Source of the DNA: Marsupella aquatica
Lineage: Eukaryota > Plantae > Marchantiophyta
NCBI GenBank assembly: GCA_973895155.1
Contig: OZ316893.1
Span: forward strand, 13,594,359-13,658,358
DNA length: 64,000 bases
Direction: 5' to 3'
The notes under the pieces were generated by a model, which made no database searches, was not told the DNA's origin, and saw nothing but the letters and a program-made list of their open reading frames with translations. Below are positions 62,936 through 64,000 of this stretch, piece by piece; the stretch's first letter is position 1, and every line of letters starts with the position of its first letter. Both the position numbers and the translations under genes were made by a program.

Positions 62936-64000
62936 GAAAAGCGTGCTAGAGCTCCTGATGACTCTGTTTGGAACTAATTTTTTTCATCAGAGATACAGAA
63001 GCTCATGAACGGACATAACATTGGTTGACTGACAAGCCTGGATTGACCAAATAAACTATTTTGGTACGTAACAGTACTGTTCTTTGTGAAAATATCCACA
63101 TTTTTGGTCAAAAGTGACCTGGTCCATCTGGGCTGCGTGGTTCAAGGGAGGGGTTCATGTGAGCATCTTTTTCTGTTTTTAGTTCTGATTAAGGAGGACT
63201 TTAATACAATAAATGTTTGTTGAGGTCGATGACGTATTACAACATTTGACCTCAGGACTCAGGTGGACTAATAACTATTTGGTGACATAGCAAAGCAGAG
63301 CATCTATACAAAAGAAACATTTGAGTAGAGCAACGAGTACTGTTCAAAGTGATCCATACAAAAGTGAACAGTCCTTCTAAGCAGCTGTCAAATGCTGTAG
63401 TCTATGAGTCTTCCTCCTTCCTCCCCTTTATTAGGTTTTTTTGCAAATCTTGAGCATCATTATTCTCCCATAAGGTCTTTAAAAAATACAAAAACAAAAG
63501 TCACAAAGGGCACTAAGGTCAGAAATAAATTTGCCATTCTGATTAATGATTATTTGTATGTATAGCATGGGATCTAATTGGTTAACTTGGACTTCAAGTA
63601 ATCCAACTTGATAAAATTTCAAACCTGGGGTTGGTCTACTTACTCCAAGGATGAGGCAATTATTTCTTCATGAAGCTGTTTTTTTATTATTATCAAAATT
63701 CTTAACTCTTAAGGAACCTCGGACCTCTTGCACAAGCATGGGCCTCGGACCTGGTGATTTGAGGTTAAGTCCTCAAATCTGCTGGTAACTCTAATGCCTG
63801 ATAAGGTTAGCTGGAGTGTATCCTAACCATGGTTAAGAATTTCCTCAGGTTAGACTAGTGTAGAGGCCCTATATCAATGCACTAGTGAAGAAGCCAAAAG
63901 TCAGAAAAAACGTTAGGCAAGCCTGATGACAGTGAGGCCCCACGTCGTAGCATGAAGGCTGGAACCTTGGACCTGGTGTGCTGCAGCAAAGTCCTCCACC

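Overview
Eukaryotic nuclear DNA from a land plant. Gene style and TE content suggest a non-seed plant such as a bryophyte, which is an inference. There are four credible genes: a spliced plastid RNA-polymerase subunit PAP12/pTAC7 (omega-like), an 8-exon DCP2 decapping enzyme, an eIF(iso)4G with an intronless CDS, and a 6-exon group-C bZIP. An intact tRNA-Lys(CTT) and a tRNA-Arg pseudogene are also present. The rest is TE-rich: a full-length but mutated Ty1/Copia nested in a hAT remnant, related solo LTRs, pogo/Tigger, LINE and probable Penelope-like remnants, a MITE and tandem repeats. The standout is a Ty3/Gypsy-type element (23458-29965; RT-RNaseH-DDE integrase-PHD finger) whose terminal repeats are not ordinary LTRs but split direct repeats, A-[internal]-B-gc-A-B. 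The priming signals (PPT before B, Tf1-like self-priming site after A) define an LTR of order B-A. The integrated ends (TGTC...GACA, 4-bp TSD) instead lie at the internal B|A junction. This suggests integration of a circular, permuted intermediate by a DDE integrase. A diverged solo A-B copy at 43091-43528 suggests the layout is a family trait. All alignments and protein comparisons were made by eye.
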